Below are positions 12,951-27,799 of a stretch of DNA of 64,000 nucleotides, in pieces. Where the stretch lies: the NCBI RefSeq assembly GCF_009914755.1, contig NC_060926.1. One strand, given 5' to 3'. The notes below the pieces were generated by a model, which ran no database searches, was not told the origin of the DNA, and saw only the letters and a program-made list of their open reading frames with translations. This DNA comes from the human T2T-CHM13v2.0 reference genome, Homo sapiens. Both the position numbers and the translations under genes were made by a program. Every line of letters starts with the position of its first letter. Positions within the stretch are counted from its first letter, which is position 1.

Positions 12951-15900
12951 CCCACATAAAGTCTGGTATGTTATTTTGAATTCTCAGGGAACATTTTTTC
13001 TCCCTCCCACCAGAACCTAGGTTAAGATGGTAAGATTTTCACCATCTCCCTCGTTAATCTTCCCAGGGAGGGTGTGGCATCTTGCAGGGAGGTCTTTGAT
13101 CTGACTTCTCAGCTTTGTCACCTGCCCCGTCTTTCATGAGCAAACCAATTCAGGAAGAGGACAGCTGAGCAAGGACACTGTAAACCTTACGGGCAAGAGT
13201 TATCATTCAACTTAGGAGGAGAGCTCCATGTGACTCTCTAATGGCAGAGACTATGGAGCATTGTTTGAAGAGAGTTGCAGATGTTGACCTTCTCTGACAT
13301 AACAGCCAATAAAAACTCACATAAGCACAGTTCAGTATTTATTTAATTGTGATTTATACTTACTGGATGAGTTTCTTGCCAACTAGCTTATTAAAAGCTC
13401 GTGCACATGCATCTAAAGAGGTCATACGATCATTCTGGAGTGTCATTCCTGATGACAAGCAACAAGGGCGCATATATTTAAAGCTATTCTTACAACTTTA
13501 ACTTGAGCATCTTTTGGTCGAAAATTGGCATAGTTTAATTAAGTGAAAAACCTTAATTACCTTAGGTCCACCTTGGAAGGAACCTGAGACTGCTTTAATG
13601 TGTTACTAAGAACTCATGGTAAACTTTGCTTATCCAATATGAGATAAGCTCTTCTCATTTCCAACAAATTTGAGCAGAGACACTTTTCAGGTCCAGGTCT
13701 CTGCCCCTGCCCTCTTCCTGTGTCTTCTCCTCCAGCCCTAGCTCCGACCCTGCAGACCCAAAGGTAGAGTGAGCGGAAAGGGAGCAGCTTCCACCTTTGC
13801 CAGCCCCAGCCTGCTCCACGGTCCCTCCTTGGCCTCTGTAAGCCTGCCCATACCCTTTTGTGGAAGCCTACATAGTCTCCCCTGCTGAGGGCTCCATCGG
13901 TTCCCTGTCCCTGCCAGCAGGGTAACCTAGGTATCCTGCATTCCTCCTTAATGACCTGAAGGCTCACATCCTCTGGGTCCCCTCACACAGTGAGGTGGCA
14001 TGTCTGTCTCTCTGAAAGATTAGTCTTCATGAGGCCTCTTGACTAAGTGGTGTGTCTGGTCTACTGGGAGATATGTGGCCAGTAGTTTTTCAAGCGATTT
14101 AATTCTTAACTAAATAATAGTGGAGTCAAGATGTTCATTAGGGCAGCACCCTCCTCCCTTGGCTGCACTTCTGGGTGTGAGAACAGTAGTAGGATCATAG
14201 TTGGTGCTGGAAGACTTGTGTGTGGTCCGTGTCCCACCCAACCCATGGGTGAAAGGGAACGAGCCACCACGGACCTGCCCTCCATAGCTGTGTCAGGTGC
14301 AACTATGGTGGAGCCCTGTACATCCCTGGGAAGTGTATTTTGAAAGTGGACATTATCTGTTTTGGGTTTGGCAGAAGAAAATTGGCTGTGAACTGTCCAT
14401 CCATTTATTTCTGGAGGACTGATGGGTAAACAGTGTTTGCAAATCATCTGTTTCTCTAATGTGACGGAGGGAATTTCTAGCTGTCTGGTGTTTCTGACAT
14501 CCCCAACTGTGAGGGCCTATGCTAAGGCTGCCTGCTGTGGGCAGGGCACTGTCTGCCCAGGTACCCGGGGCCCTTTTGACAAGGGCTCTTTAAATGCAGG
14601 TTCATCAACAGCTCCAGTTCTATTGCCACAGCCAAACTGCAGCAACGTGGATTCCTGTGGGTGCATAGTCTGTTTCCATCCCTAAGGCCATGCGAGGGGC
14701 TGGCTCTTCCTGGCCATTCTGCACAGTGAAGGCGGTGTGTGAGGAGAATTCAACAACATCCTTCTTCGTGCCTGCCCCTGGTGTCCACTGGACACGTAAT
14801 GTGGCAGTATGGCTTTGCAAGACGAGGTCCGCATGGGAGATGTTGGGGGTGGCAGGGTACCCGGCTGCGCACACATCTGCCAGGCCAGTGTGCACGCTGC
14901 TCACCTTGGCAAAAGAAAACCTTTCAGTTTCCATTGGTGTAGTTAGGGCTGATGTGTCAACATTCTTCACGTCATCGGGCAGTAAAATACATGCTGATTG
15001 ATGGCAGCACCTTCTGAGGATATCCAGCTTGTGAGATTACTCTGCTTGGTTTCAGGTAGGTGGTCTGCACCAAGGGTGAGGCTAGGGGTGAGCAGGCCTG
15101 AGACTTAGCTTCCGGCAATGTGGGCTCTCAGAGAGCAAATGAATCCAGTCTCCCTCAGTCACCTGGGGACTGACCTGACATCTTGTCGCTGAGCAAGGCT
15201 TTGGACAAGGCATGAAACCTCTCGGAGCCTCAGCCCCTCATTGGTAAAATGGGTGTCTTAGTAATTCTCTGCAGGGCTGTCACCAGGGTTCAAAGAGCAA
15301 TGCAAAGTCAAAGTCTCCATTAACGAGCGGCTACTCAATACATATTTCTTACTGCTGTCCTTATGTTTATTGTTCATGAAACCACTTTCCGTGTCATGTG
15401 CATTCACACACGGCTGCCCCGGCTGGGTGGCTGCAAGAATGACTCTTACCTTTCTATTTCCTACAGCTGGAAAGCCCGGGCCCTTCCTTTTGGTTTCGTA
15501 TTACCAATCCTCCACCTTGTTTGTAAGTCCTTGTTATGGGGACAGTGCCTTCTTCCCTGTGGAAGTTTCTGCCTCAGTTTCCCTGCCTTCCTCAGCCCTG
15601 TAGGCACACCTGCCCTGCTGGGCTCTTCCACAAGTTCAGGCCCTGCTTCTGCATCTCACACTTCCCGAGGGCAGGGCTGGGAGGAACCCGGCGAGCACCA
15701 GGAGAAGTGGAAGCTTGGTGCCTCTTCTCCCTCAGCCTCCCGGTGCTCCAGGCTCTGCATATGGGCACAGCCAGGAAGTCCAGTTCTCAGGCTTCATGCC
15801 CCAAGCCCCATTTCCCCTCCTACCCGGCCATTTGAGTCCCTTGTCAAGCCTCAGGAGACCCCACTGGTGGCTTGGAGCTGGAGGTGGCTGCCCCCAAGTC

Positions 15901-18867
15901 CAGCCTTGTGGCTGCAGGAAGGAAAGTGTGCTCCTGGCCCCCAGGAGGGACTCAGACAGCATTTCCCCTTGAAACCCTGAGGTACTGGGTGGGCACAGCA
16001 GTCCGGCAGTGCTGTGGGTGAGCTGGCATCAGGGGCCATCTTGCCACCTGAATCGCCCAGTGTGTATTGTCTCTGTGGGAAAACTGGGTCCAGACACCAG
16101 CTGATTTGCAGCCTAACTGACTCCAATGTAAAAATGGACTGTGTCCAGACTCCTTCCCCTTTCCCCCTCTGGTCTAGTAGAACAATGGCTTCTAAAAGGC
16201 CAAATGGAATATTTGCAAATACCAAAATGTGCCTTGGACTGTTTGGAAACAATGTCATACTTCTCCTTTTCAGTGTGAACCAGCATTGATTTATATTTCA
16301 GCCCAGACCTCCAAGACCTTGATGGGCTTGGCTCCCTTTGCCCTTAGTTCTCTGAGCCTTGCATGTGGGACCCCTTACAAAAGGCTAGGAGGGGCTGGGC
16401 CCACCCGACTCTGAGACAGCGTTGCCCTGGTCCCGGCAGATCAAGTAGCCACGGCCTCTGCTCGGAGGCTCAGCTCTGGTCGGCCTGCTTGTCCTTCCCC
16501 TCCTCGTGGCTTGGTGACCCTCCTGTGCACTCGGGCCTGGCTTCTTCTCTTATTTAATCAGCATTTGGGTAACTGAAACCTGGTCTCTACCCCCGTAGAA
16601 CTTTCTGCCTGGCTTTCCCATCCAATACTCTGATTCAGGGTATTTACAATTTTGTAAGGAAGACCCAGGGGATTTCCCAGAGCAAAATGGTGCTGGTCTT
16701 TTAAGATGGAAATGTGCATTGTGAGCCCTTGAAAGGAGAGTGAAAAGGGAGGGAGACCTTGCTGTTCAGTCGCCCTGGCCAGGACTTCTCAATGTGTCCT
16801 CCGGGTGGATGTGAGGGCGTCGGAGGGGACAGATGCTGGGGAGAGAAGGGCTGATCATGCATCTGAAGTTCATTCAACTACTTTCTATTATACATGGTGA
16901 AAATTTGAGGAAATTAGTAAAATCAGAACTAAGGGAAACTGTCAACAGTCCCCATCACCTGAAGAAAGTCACTTCTCAGGTTTTGGTGTCTGTCCTCCCA
17001 GTCTTTCCCCCCTCCTTTTCATTCTTGCGTAGTGGTGATCACTATCGTGGCAGTGATTCAAAACAACTTTCCTTTTTGGGAGGAGGGGAGAGAGATAATT
17101 TTATTTGGAAAAAATGGTAAATGCTTGCTATTGTTAAAAAGGTAGAAAATATAGATGAACTATGATGATGCAGTTGGAATGGGGTGATTTCAGAAGTATT
17201 TGGTTTCAAAGGAATATTTACAGAGACATGCTCTGCGTGTAGGAAACTTGGAGTTGAGTAATAACATAGAGCATGTAGCCACTGAAGGGACAAGGGAGGG
17301 AGGGACCCAGGGAGGGAGGGGACCCCAGGGCCGAGAAGTAGGGTCATAGGAAGGTTAAGGAGATATCACGCTGGCCACTTGTACAGGCCTCTTCCCAGGC
17401 CCTAGGAGCGGCCTCAGGATGTGTTCATGTTAGCAAAGTGTTTGAGAAATTTGCAGAAGTCACACATTTTAGCCAGGATCAGGTTATTCTATTTCTCTTC
17501 CCGTTCTTATTTCCTTCTGCACATTGGCCCATGCTTGGTGGTTGGAATGACACTGGCATTTTGTTTATCATGTGATACTCCTTTTCTTACAGGACTACCC
17601 TAATTTTGTCCGTTCCAGGCCGCACAACACCTGGCTCCACCTTTGCGGAGGAGATCCAGTTGCCTGCGGTTGGCTGCTTTGCAGTGCACCCTGGGGGGAG
17701 GGTGGGAGAGCAGGTGATATCCCTCTCCTCCTCCCCCTGCTGAGGGCCCCATGGGTGAATCCCACTCCGAAGCCAGAGGCCCCAGGAGCCTTCCAGGCAG
17801 ACAGTAGGTGGAGGAAGGCAGAGAGTAGACCTGGAGGGGCAGATGGAAGAGCTTGGCTCATCATATGTCCAACGCCTAAGGAAAACCACAGGTGCCATTT
17901 GGCAGATATACGCTTACAGTCCCTTAAGGGGAACTCTTTAGTTTTGCTTGAGGCAGAAAAAAACAGGACATGGAAAAGCCAATAAAGAAGGGCCAGAGGG
18001 AGAGAAAACACATCACCAAGGTTCCCAGCATAGGAGAACATAGGCTGAGCTGGAAAATGACCTGGTTGCTTGGAACAGGATCACAAATTCAGTGAGTTAA
18101 GTCACAGATGCAGAAGCACCTGCGTAAAGTCTGAGAACCAAAAAGGAAGCTCCCAATTCCCTGGCCATGGTTGAAGGCACCCATGTGGACCAGCCCCTGA
18201 AACCCCTGAAGCTCAGGAGGGTTTCCCGCCATGCGGGAGGGGCACCAGCAAGCCTATGTTCAGAGAAGCTGCGAACTGCGAGTGCTGGGCTTGTGGAGTG
18301 AGGCCTCTTGGTTTGTCAGCGTCTGCTGCAGTAAAGGGAGTGGAGTGTCTCAGATGTCTTTAGAAAATGAAAATGTTTTCTTTGGTAATGTTTTGAATAT
18401 TTCATCTCTACTTGTTTCCGTCATTCTGGGAAGCTTATCCTGCAGCGTTATTTAACAATCTGTTTGCGTAGAGCTTTATTCAGAAAATTGTTTCCCACCT
18501 GCTGTCTGCATCGTAGTTGGTGAGGGTCCTGGACAGAGGTTCATGAGGACACAGTACACCAGGAGTGACTCACGAGCCTCAGGGCTGTGTCCTGGGTGGA
18601 TACAGAGCTCAATCTCATGGAGGAAGATGTCACCGGAAAAAGTCCTAGGTGGCTCTGATATCTGCCCCTCTCCCTTCCTCCCTTCTGGGAAAATAAGTGA
18701 GTAAGACATAGTCCCTTAACTTCGAGGGGTTATTAACTCTTCATGCATCTTATACAAATATGTATAATGTGGAGCATCACTAAGGATCCAGAGGGAGCAA
18801 TCAATTCCAAATAAGAGCTATCCAGGAAGGCATCAGGAAGAAAGTAATATTTAGAAGAAAGGCAGAT

Positions 18868-19470
18868 GTATCAGAGAAGGAAACTCCACAGTAACTTGAA
18901 CAGGGAATATTTGATTCAAAGAATTTTTAATTATAACAGAGGACTGGAGTAAGGAGGGATTGGCTAGAAAGAAGTAAACAGAACTCTAAGGAAGATGGGA
19001 TTAGCAGACATAGGAGCAGTCATGACCCCTAGGGCTGAGATAGGGCATCCAGGGAGAAGCCCCTGCCCCCAGGGCTGAGGTTTAGGTTTTGGAGAGAGCA
19101 CTGCAGCACTCCCTGGGTGCCAGAAACCTGTCCTCTTGGGCACCAAGAAAGCTGTTCATGGGGAAGTGTCTCATTAGAGGCACCCAGCGCAAACAGCAGG
19201 GGGTGCAGGGAAGGGTCTGGCTGCCATGCTCTGGGAGAACTGGGCACCAGAGCAGGTGCGAGCAGGGCAGGAGCCCTAGATGCTAACACACCAAACTAGG
19301 AAACAAAACCCTTCCTCCTGCTGTATCTCTCTGGCACCCTCTCCTGTCAAGCTTAATATCATGCCAACTGGCATAGTAGAAATAGTTAAAGGGGCCCACA
19401 CTTATTTTCACAGAACAGGCAAAAAGGGTGCATTTGTAGCTGAGAGGAGGTGAGTCGATAAGCATCAGAG
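18868..19470 (-). mobile_element. ERVL LTR (LTR33/LTR41-like)
   Basis: aagcttaatatcatgccaactggca...aagggtgcatttgtagctgagagg resembles this group's terminus. Confidence 0.5.
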
Positions 19471-19959
19471 TAGGGGTTCACTGAATGTCAAGTTTGGAAG
19501 GGGCTGTAAAGGTCCTATATTCCGTCCCCCGTCCTCAGGGTTTAAATCTCAAATCCTCACATGCCAATCAAGTGGTTGCCAAGCTCATGCTGAGGCATCC
19601 ACAGCGGCAGGTGGCCTCCACTTCCTGTCTGAGATGCTCAGGAAGTTCCTGCTCACACTGAAGCAGTGCTGCTTCTGGAAATAATGAGGTCTCACCTGAC
19701 AGCCCTTCAAATACATGAGCCGTTTTTCTGCTGTGCTTTTTCTTTGCTTTTGCTTTGTTTCTTGTAAACTACACATCTTACCTCTGTGACAATTCAGAAT
19801 CTTCACTCTATACCAATCATGGGCACGAGTACACTTCTATAGGTCTAGGTCTCTGCAGGGGTGGGGAATATCTCCCCTCAAAAACTTGCTCCAGCTGCAC
19901 TCTGATAGTGCAAAATGGAGCAGGACCATTGGACCGTTTCATATTTTGCCATTTCATCC

Positions 19960-20330
19960 ATAACTGACCCGTTTTGCTGGTCATGGTGATTGATCTAGGG
20001 AGTGACTCCTGAGCTGTGTCAGAAATGGGACTAGGAAAGAGAAGTCTATTTTCATACCTGGTCATGAAACTAAGAAGAAATGAGCCCTAAAAGCTGCCTT
20101 CAGCTCTGATTCCAGCTTGAGAGGATGCATCCAAGAGGAGAGAGAAGCAGAGAAAAGAAACAGAGAAGACATCCTGATGTCATGACAGCCCCTGGTTCCT
20201 GTCATTCCTGAGGCCAGCTCCGCCCTCATTCTGCCTCCATGTGGTTACATGAGCCAGCAGATGCCTACTTTTTTGCTTAAACTAGTTCTAGTTGGGTTTC
20301 TGGAAATTACCAACAAATAATATCAACTTA
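19960..20330 (+). mobile_element. Old MLT1 (K/L-like) LTR fragment
   Basis: ttacatgagcca...ttgcttaaactagttctagttgggtttctg 3' signature. Confidence 0.55.
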
Positions 20331-20825
20331 CATGGCCTTTTTACCTTAAAGGAAAAAAAAAAAAAAAAGAAGCAGGAGGCATTGGCTCACTCCTTTGCCA
20401 CAGGGCTTCTGTAGAAGCAAATGTCACTTTAGCTAGAACTGGGAATTTGTTGTGAAGGATGTTTAGGGACAGCATATTTAGAAACTAAGATCTTGCTCCT
20501 CCCCATGTCTTCCCTTTCCTTTCTCAACAATTCAGTCCTAGAGCAAGTAGGTGGGGGCAGTCTGCCATGGGAGCCACAGAGGCTCAGAGTGGGGTGAGGA
20601 GGGTGTCCAGGGTGGGGGCTCCTGTGTGAGGAGTTAGAGTCCATGTGGGGTGAGGGGAGCATTTTCACAGAAGGATCACCCAGTCGGGGTATCAGGTCCC
20701 AGACAGGGTGAGGAGGACATCCACACCAGGGGACCAGGAACTTGGAGGAGTTGGAGCTTGAGCAAGAAGAGGGTGCTTGTGTGCAGCCAGGGTGGCGCTT
20801 GCCACGGAGATGGGAGGTCAGTTAC

Positions 20826-21585
<760 letters not shown>

Positions 21586-21599
21586 GTTACATCCAATGG

Positions 21600-21785
21600 G
21601 ACTGAGCAAATAAATAATTATAACGAGGACAATGGAAGCTAGGTCTCTCACTATGGAGAAAGGAGTTACAAACATGGAAATGGAGAAAACTTGAATGAAT
21701 TTTGTATAATGGATTGGAATTAGAGATGCTGGTGGGAACCAATTACTGTTAATACAGATATGTGCATATATATTTTCATGTGAAC

Positions 21786-21818
<33 letters not shown>

Positions 21819-23290
21819 TACGTATAGATGTCTTGGCTTTTACCACTGAGAGAGCCTGGAAGTTGCAACACACCAATAGCAAGGAGCACACTTTGCACCC
21901 AGATCTTGGCTTCTAAATCTTGTTTTCCACAAAGGCTCCTTGGAAAGGCAGATTCCAGGGAATCTTAAATAAAGTGCAAGATGAGCCCACACTGACTTTT
22001 TGTGCCAGAAAATGAGGAAGTATTCAAAGAATGATGGCCATATATTGAAAGGACATAGAGGCTAGCCCCCACTGGCCAAATCAGGAATAATCTGAGCTGT
22101 CAACTAAATACTGAGAGTAATGGATTATAACTCACGAAATAGAACAGTAAACCACAAGTTCATACAGATGGAAATAAACAGATGAATAAATTGAAAGTTT
22201 GAGAATGAGATATTTGCATACATTTAAAGAATCTTCCTTCAAAATACTTATTAATGACATAGAGAAAAGGGAGTGGAACAGCCTGACAGCCAGTTCCAAT
22301 CACAGCAAACATCATCAGTCATGGGACAAATTGGTGTTGGTGACCACTGGATGGGTTGCCATGAGAACACACCCTCACTTCTATGATATGCATGCCAGAA
22401 ACGTGAGACCTGAATCTTATCTTAAGGAACGATCAGACACACCCAAATGGAAGGATATTCTACAAAATAATCAACCTGCTATGTTCAGATGTGTCCAGGT
22501 TATGAAAGTCAAGGGAAGACTGAGAAACTGGGCCAGACTGAAGGAAACTGCAGAGACCAGCAACTAAAGGCACCACGTGATTCTGAGGAGTCTTTCTCTA
22601 GAACAGACACGCTCGGGATAGTTGTGATGCAGGGCAGGTTCTTGGCTTTGCTCAGGAAAGAACTCAACAGTCAGCTGGTGGTGGAAAAAAGCAGCTTTAT
22701 TGAGTCCGGCAGTGATGCATCTCCGTGCCTGCTCCTTGGGGAGCAGGGCAACCCTATAGGCAGTGCGTGGAGAGTAGTAGCCTATGGGCCGCTGCTAGTC
22801 ATATTTCCATCCACTGTTAATGACATGCTAATGAAGGGGCGGGTCATTCAGAAATAGCTAGGAAATGGGTGGTAACTTCCGGCTGTTGCCATGGCATTGG
22901 TAAACTGTCATGGTGCTGGCAGGAATGGCTAAGGGTGATGGGCAGCGAGAACAACCAGAGGCGCTTTTTGTGTCTTTTTCTAGTTTTGGCCTGTTCTCAA
23001 TCTGGTCTGGGAGACGAATCCTGCTGACCTCCTACCTCTGCTGGCAAAACTCGAGTGGGGTCTGGGAACTTGAAGGAAGGAAAGTGTTGATGCTAACTTC
23101 CGGATTTTGTGGTTACATTGGGATAAAGCGGGAGAATATCCCTATTTGTGGGAAATACACACAAGTATTTTGAGGGTGACAGGATATGAGTTCAGCAACC
23201 TTCTCTCAAATGGTTCAGGGAATAAAGATTCTTTGTTCTTTACCTTGAAATTTTTCTCTAAGTTTATGGTTATTTCAAAATAAAAAGGAA
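21600..23290 (+). mobile_element. L1MC/MD-type 3' region with embedded (GT)n and an LTR insertion
   Basis: acccagatcttggcttctaaat, aatcagacacacccaaatggaaggatattctacaaaataa-type motifs, and an A-rich 3' end at ~23280. Confidence 0.65.
22623..23040 (-). mobile_element. ERV1 (MER4-group) solo LTR
   Basis: ggttcttggctttgctcaggaaagaa...gttgccatggcattggtaaactgtcatgg...cctcctacctc; interrupts the L1. Confidence 0.65.
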
Positions 23291-24668
23291 GGAAGGGTCT
23301 CTCTTATTAATTAATTTTGTCTCACGTTGTTTTAAGCTCTTTAGAGTGTTTTCAAATGTAAGTGGAAACGAAAAAAATATAACTATTAGCATATATAAAA
23401 TTTAAATCTTAAAACCATGATCAACCCAAATAATTGTAGTAGATATATTGAGATATTTATTCTTTAATTCCCTGCAGGACTTAGATATTTTTAAGCTGAA
23501 TCATTTTTATGTTTTGAAGCTAAAATCTATATATTGATGTTTGAGGAGTGTGAAATCACAATACTTCAGAATGTTACCAACTTTTCATAAAAATGTGACC
23601 TGGGTTTGACCCTATGTGTTTAGTAGCCCATTAGGCCCTCTGTGCTTTGATATACTCTCATGGCAAAAGTTTCCTGGCCTTACTCAGAGATCAGAAAAAT
23701 TCTTTTCTGTGTCAAACTTTACAATGAAGTGAAAGTAGAGAAAGTAATGCTTCACTCAGAACTTTCTATTCGGGGTTTTTTCTTTTCTTAAGAAAGCGAA
23801 AGCTGAGAATGAAAAATTTCAAATATAGGTAACAGCAAGTAATATAAAGTATGCCTATGTACTCACCAATAAGGTCTAACAATTGTGAATATTTTTGCCT
23901 AAAAAATAAAAATATTGTAGAGACGTTGAAAATATTCCTATGTATTTCCCTCCATCTCATTTCCCTCTCTCTGCCTGCCCCAGGGTAACCTCTGTCCTCA
24001 AGTTGGTACATAGCCTTTCTTCCATCTGTGGTTTTTTGTATAGCTCTACAAACAATATGTGCTTTGCTTTGAGTGCTTAGAACTGTACCTAAATAGTATC
24101 ACTTTATCTGAACATTCTGCAACTTGCTTTTTTTATTGGGGTAAAATTTAATGAAAAGCACAGATCTTAACTGTACAGTTGATGTCCTTTGATAAATGTG
24201 TATACCCACATAACCACTCCTCCAGTGGGAACACAAAACATTTCCAGCACCCCCAGAAAATTCCCTTCCAGTCTGTCCCCACCTCTAGAGATGACTATTT
24301 GATTTCCGGCACCATAGATTAATATGACTGTCCTTCAACAGTCACATGGTGTTTTTGTCAAACAACAATTGACCATAGTGTGTGAGTCTATTTTTGGACT
24401 CTCTATTTTGTTTCCTTGCTCCGTTTGTCCTACTGAAAATACCACACTAGGTCCATTAATATAGCTTTATAATAAGTCATGAAATTGCAAACTGTGAGTC
24501 TTTCAACACTTTCCATTTCAAGAGAGTGTTAGCTATTTTTAGGTCCTTTGCATTTCAATAAAATTTAAAATCAACTTGCCAATTATGACAAAAAGAAATT
24601 TCTGGGATTTTGATTAGGACTACATTGAATCTATGGAGCAATTTGGGAGAGCACTGACATTAACAACA

Positions 24669-25867
24669 TTTATTTCAAATCTTTTGAATACATATCCAGA
24701 AGTGGGATTGCTGGATTATATGGTAGTTCTATTTTTAATTTTTTTTGAGGAGCCCCATATAGTGTCCCATAGTGGCTGCACCATTTTGCACCCCTGCCAA
24801 CAGTGTGTAAGGGTCCCAATTTCTCCACGTCCTCACCAGCACTTGTTGCCTTTTTTTTTTTTTTTTTTTTTGTAAAGGCCATCCTGATAGGTGTGAGGTG
24901 ATATTTCATTGTGATTTTGATTTACATTTTCCTGATGACTAGTGACATTCAGCCATTAGTCTTGAGTTCGATGATCTTTTTTCATATGCTGATTTGACAT
25001 AGGCATGTCTTCTTTGGAGAAATGTCTATTCAAGTCCTTAGCCCGTTTTTAAATTAGACTATTGTTCTTTTTTTCCCTGTCGAGTTGTAGGAGTTTCTTA
25101 TATATTTTAGAGATTAACCCTTTACCAGATAAATGGTTTGCACATATTTCCCCCCATTCCATAGGTTGCCTTTTTACTCCATTGATTGTTTCCTTTGCTG
25201 TGCAGGTTTTTAGTTTGATATAATCTCAGTTGTTTATTTTGTCTTTCGCTGCCCGTGCTTCTGATGTCATTGCCAAAATCAATGTCATGAAGCTTCTCCC
25301 CTTTGTTTCCTTCTAGGAGTTTTACAGCTTCAGATCTGGGTATTTATCCAAAAGACTTGAAACTGGGGTCCTGAGGAGATACAAACACTTCTCAGTTCAT
25401 TAAAGCACTATTCACAGTATCCAAGGTAAGGAAACAGCCTAAATGTCCTTTGTCAGGTGAATGGATAAAGGAAATGTGGTATATACATACAACAAAATAT
25501 TACTCCGTCTTAATAAAGAAGGAAATTCTGATATACGTGACAACATGAATGAAACTTGACATTTTGCTAAGTGAGAGAAGCCTGTCACAGAAAGACAAAT
25601 ACTCCATGATTCCATGTATATGAGGTAGCTAAAATAGTGAATCTCATAGAATCAAAGAGTGGAATGATGGTTACTAGAGGCGAGAGTTTGGGGGATGGGA
25701 ATTACTAATCAGTAAGCATAAAGTTTTGATGTATAAATGTATAACATTATATCTAGTCAACAATAATATATTGTACACTTAAAAATTTGTTGAGAGGGTA
25801 GATCTCCTTTTAAGTGTTCTTACCACATTAAAATAAAATCTAAAAAAAGAAGAGTATGGAAAGAAAA
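24669..25867. mobile_element. 5'-inverted L1MA-type element (antisense 24669-25335, sense 25336-25867)
   Basis: Orientation switches at ~25336; A-rich tail at ~25830-25867; flanking taacaaca repeats. Confidence 0.75.
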
Positions 25868-26950
25868 TAACAACACAAGTGAGTCTCCCAATCCATGAAC
25901 AAGATCCTTCTCCATTTATTTTATTTTTCTTTAATTTCCCTCGGTACTATTTTTGTTGTTTTCAGTTTAGAGGTCATGACTGTCATTTGTTAAATCTATT
26001 CCTATGAATTTTATGTGTTTCAAGGTGATATATACAAACACAATTGACTTTTTTTTTTTTTGAGACGGAGTCTCATTCTGTTGCCCGGGCTGGAGTGCAG
26101 TGGCACGACCTCCGCCTCCTGGGTTCAAGCGATTCTCCTGCCTCAGCCTCCTGAGTAGCTGGGATTACAGGTGTGTGCCACCATGCCTGGCTAATTTTTG
26201 TATTTTTAGTAGAGATGGGGTTTCACCATGTTGGCCAGGCTGGTCTCAAACCCCTGATCTCTGGTGATCCACTCACCTTGGCCTCCCAAAGTGCTGGGAT
26301 TACAGGCGTGAGCCACTGCACCTGGCCGCATGACTGACTTTTGTATACTGAGTTTGTATTGTTCGGATTTTCTAAATTGGCTTATTAGTTTTTGAAGTTG
26401 TTTTGTACACTCATCAGGATTTGCTGCATAAATAATCCTGTCAACTGATAATAAAAGTTGTTTTACATCTTTCTTTCCAATCCATATGGCTTTTATTTCT
26501 TTTCTTCTTCCTTGTGCATTAGCTAGAGATTCTAGTACACTGTTGAAGGGAAATGGTGAAAATGAATATCCTTGCTTTGTTCTCCATTTTAGAAGTGAAG
26601 TGTTCAACCACTGAGTATGATGTTGGCTCTAAGTATTCATATGAGGCCTACGTCAAATTCATACATGTCGAATATCAAATTGGGGAAGTAAGTCAAATCA
26701 AAATCATTCTATTTTTAGTGCACGTGAAGTTGTTATCATGAATTGATTTTGAATTTTGTCAAATGCTTTATTTTATTAATTTAGCAAGTTATACTATTTT
26801 CAAATGTTAAACCTATTTTGCATTTCAGGTATAAATCCCACTTAGTCACAGTATATTGTACATATGTTGGATTTGCTTTGCTTTTTTATTTTTAAAAGGG
26901 TTTTATGTCTCTCTTTATGAAGGATATTGGTCTATAATGTTTTCTAGTAA
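25868..26950 (-). mobile_element. Older host L1M ORF2 fragment (continues from ~24350-24668)
   Basis: Degraded ORF2-like peptide on the minus strand (KQGYSFSPFPFNSVLESLANA...EIKAIWIGKKDVKQLL...). Confidence 0.75.
26049..26327 (-). mobile_element. AluS with a short internal deletion
   Basis: Alu body and T-tail; imperfect TSD ending tgactttt. Confidence 0.95.
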
Positions 26951-27155
26951 TGTTCAGTTATTTTCAGTTTGGGTCTCTCATAAATAGTCCTGCTGTAAAC
27001 ATTTTTGAGTATTTCTTCTGGTGCAATGTATACAACTTGAAGTTGGGCATGTAGCTTGCAGTGAAGTTTCTGGGTCACAAGGTAAGAGTATGTTCAACTT
27101 TAGTGAATACTGCCAAAGTGGACATGCCAATTCACATTCCTACCTCCAGGGACAG

Positions 27156-27457
27156 CAGTGTCCCTCAGAGTGTGGACTATGAGCTATTTGTTATTAGACT
27201 GCAACGAGATAAGTTCAGAAATTAAGCGTCAGCATTTAGAAACTTTTATAGGAATTTGATGTTGCTTTGACATACAAATACATAGGCTCTTCTCGTCCAG
27301 CAGTGCATTGACCAGTTTGGATACTGTCACACTTGCATTATGAGGCGGGTGTGGGAGGAGCTTCACGTGCAATGGGGACCATGTGTTTTGGTCTGCAACG
27401 GAAATTTAAAAGGAAAGAAAGGCTGGTCTGTCACCATGTAGCGCTGGAGAAGCACTG
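27156..27457. mobile_element. hAT-Charlie-type non-autonomous DNA transposon inside an L1
   Basis: Termini cagtgtccctca / ggagaagcactg (CAGTG TIR); L1 sequence resumes on both sides. Confidence 0.55.
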
Positions 27458-27799
27458 GTGCATGAGAATTCTGGTGGTTCCACATCCTTGTTCACATTCA
27501 GTAATTTTCATGTAAGCCCTTCTGGTTGGTGTGCAGTTGGATGGCATTGTGACTACAGTTTGTATTTCCCCAATAACTAAGGAAGTTGCCCAGCCTTTTC
27601 ATAAGTGTATTGGTTTCATATGTGTATCTGCATATTCCTAGGTGTGAAGTACTTCCAATTTTCAAAGTATATGTGTTAAGTTTTCCTAAAACATTTACCC
27701 TGGATACTGTCCCCCTGCCCTACTCCCATATTTCCATGATGAAGCAGGTGGGCAAAATAGGGAGAGGACAAAAACCTGATTCACAAGTGTCATTCACCT

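Noticed and set aside
14620-15001. Several overlapping open frames, one with a faint Ig-like CAAGYP string
   Set aside because: No convincing domain, splice signals or codon bias; a tblastx or PhyloCSF check would settle it.
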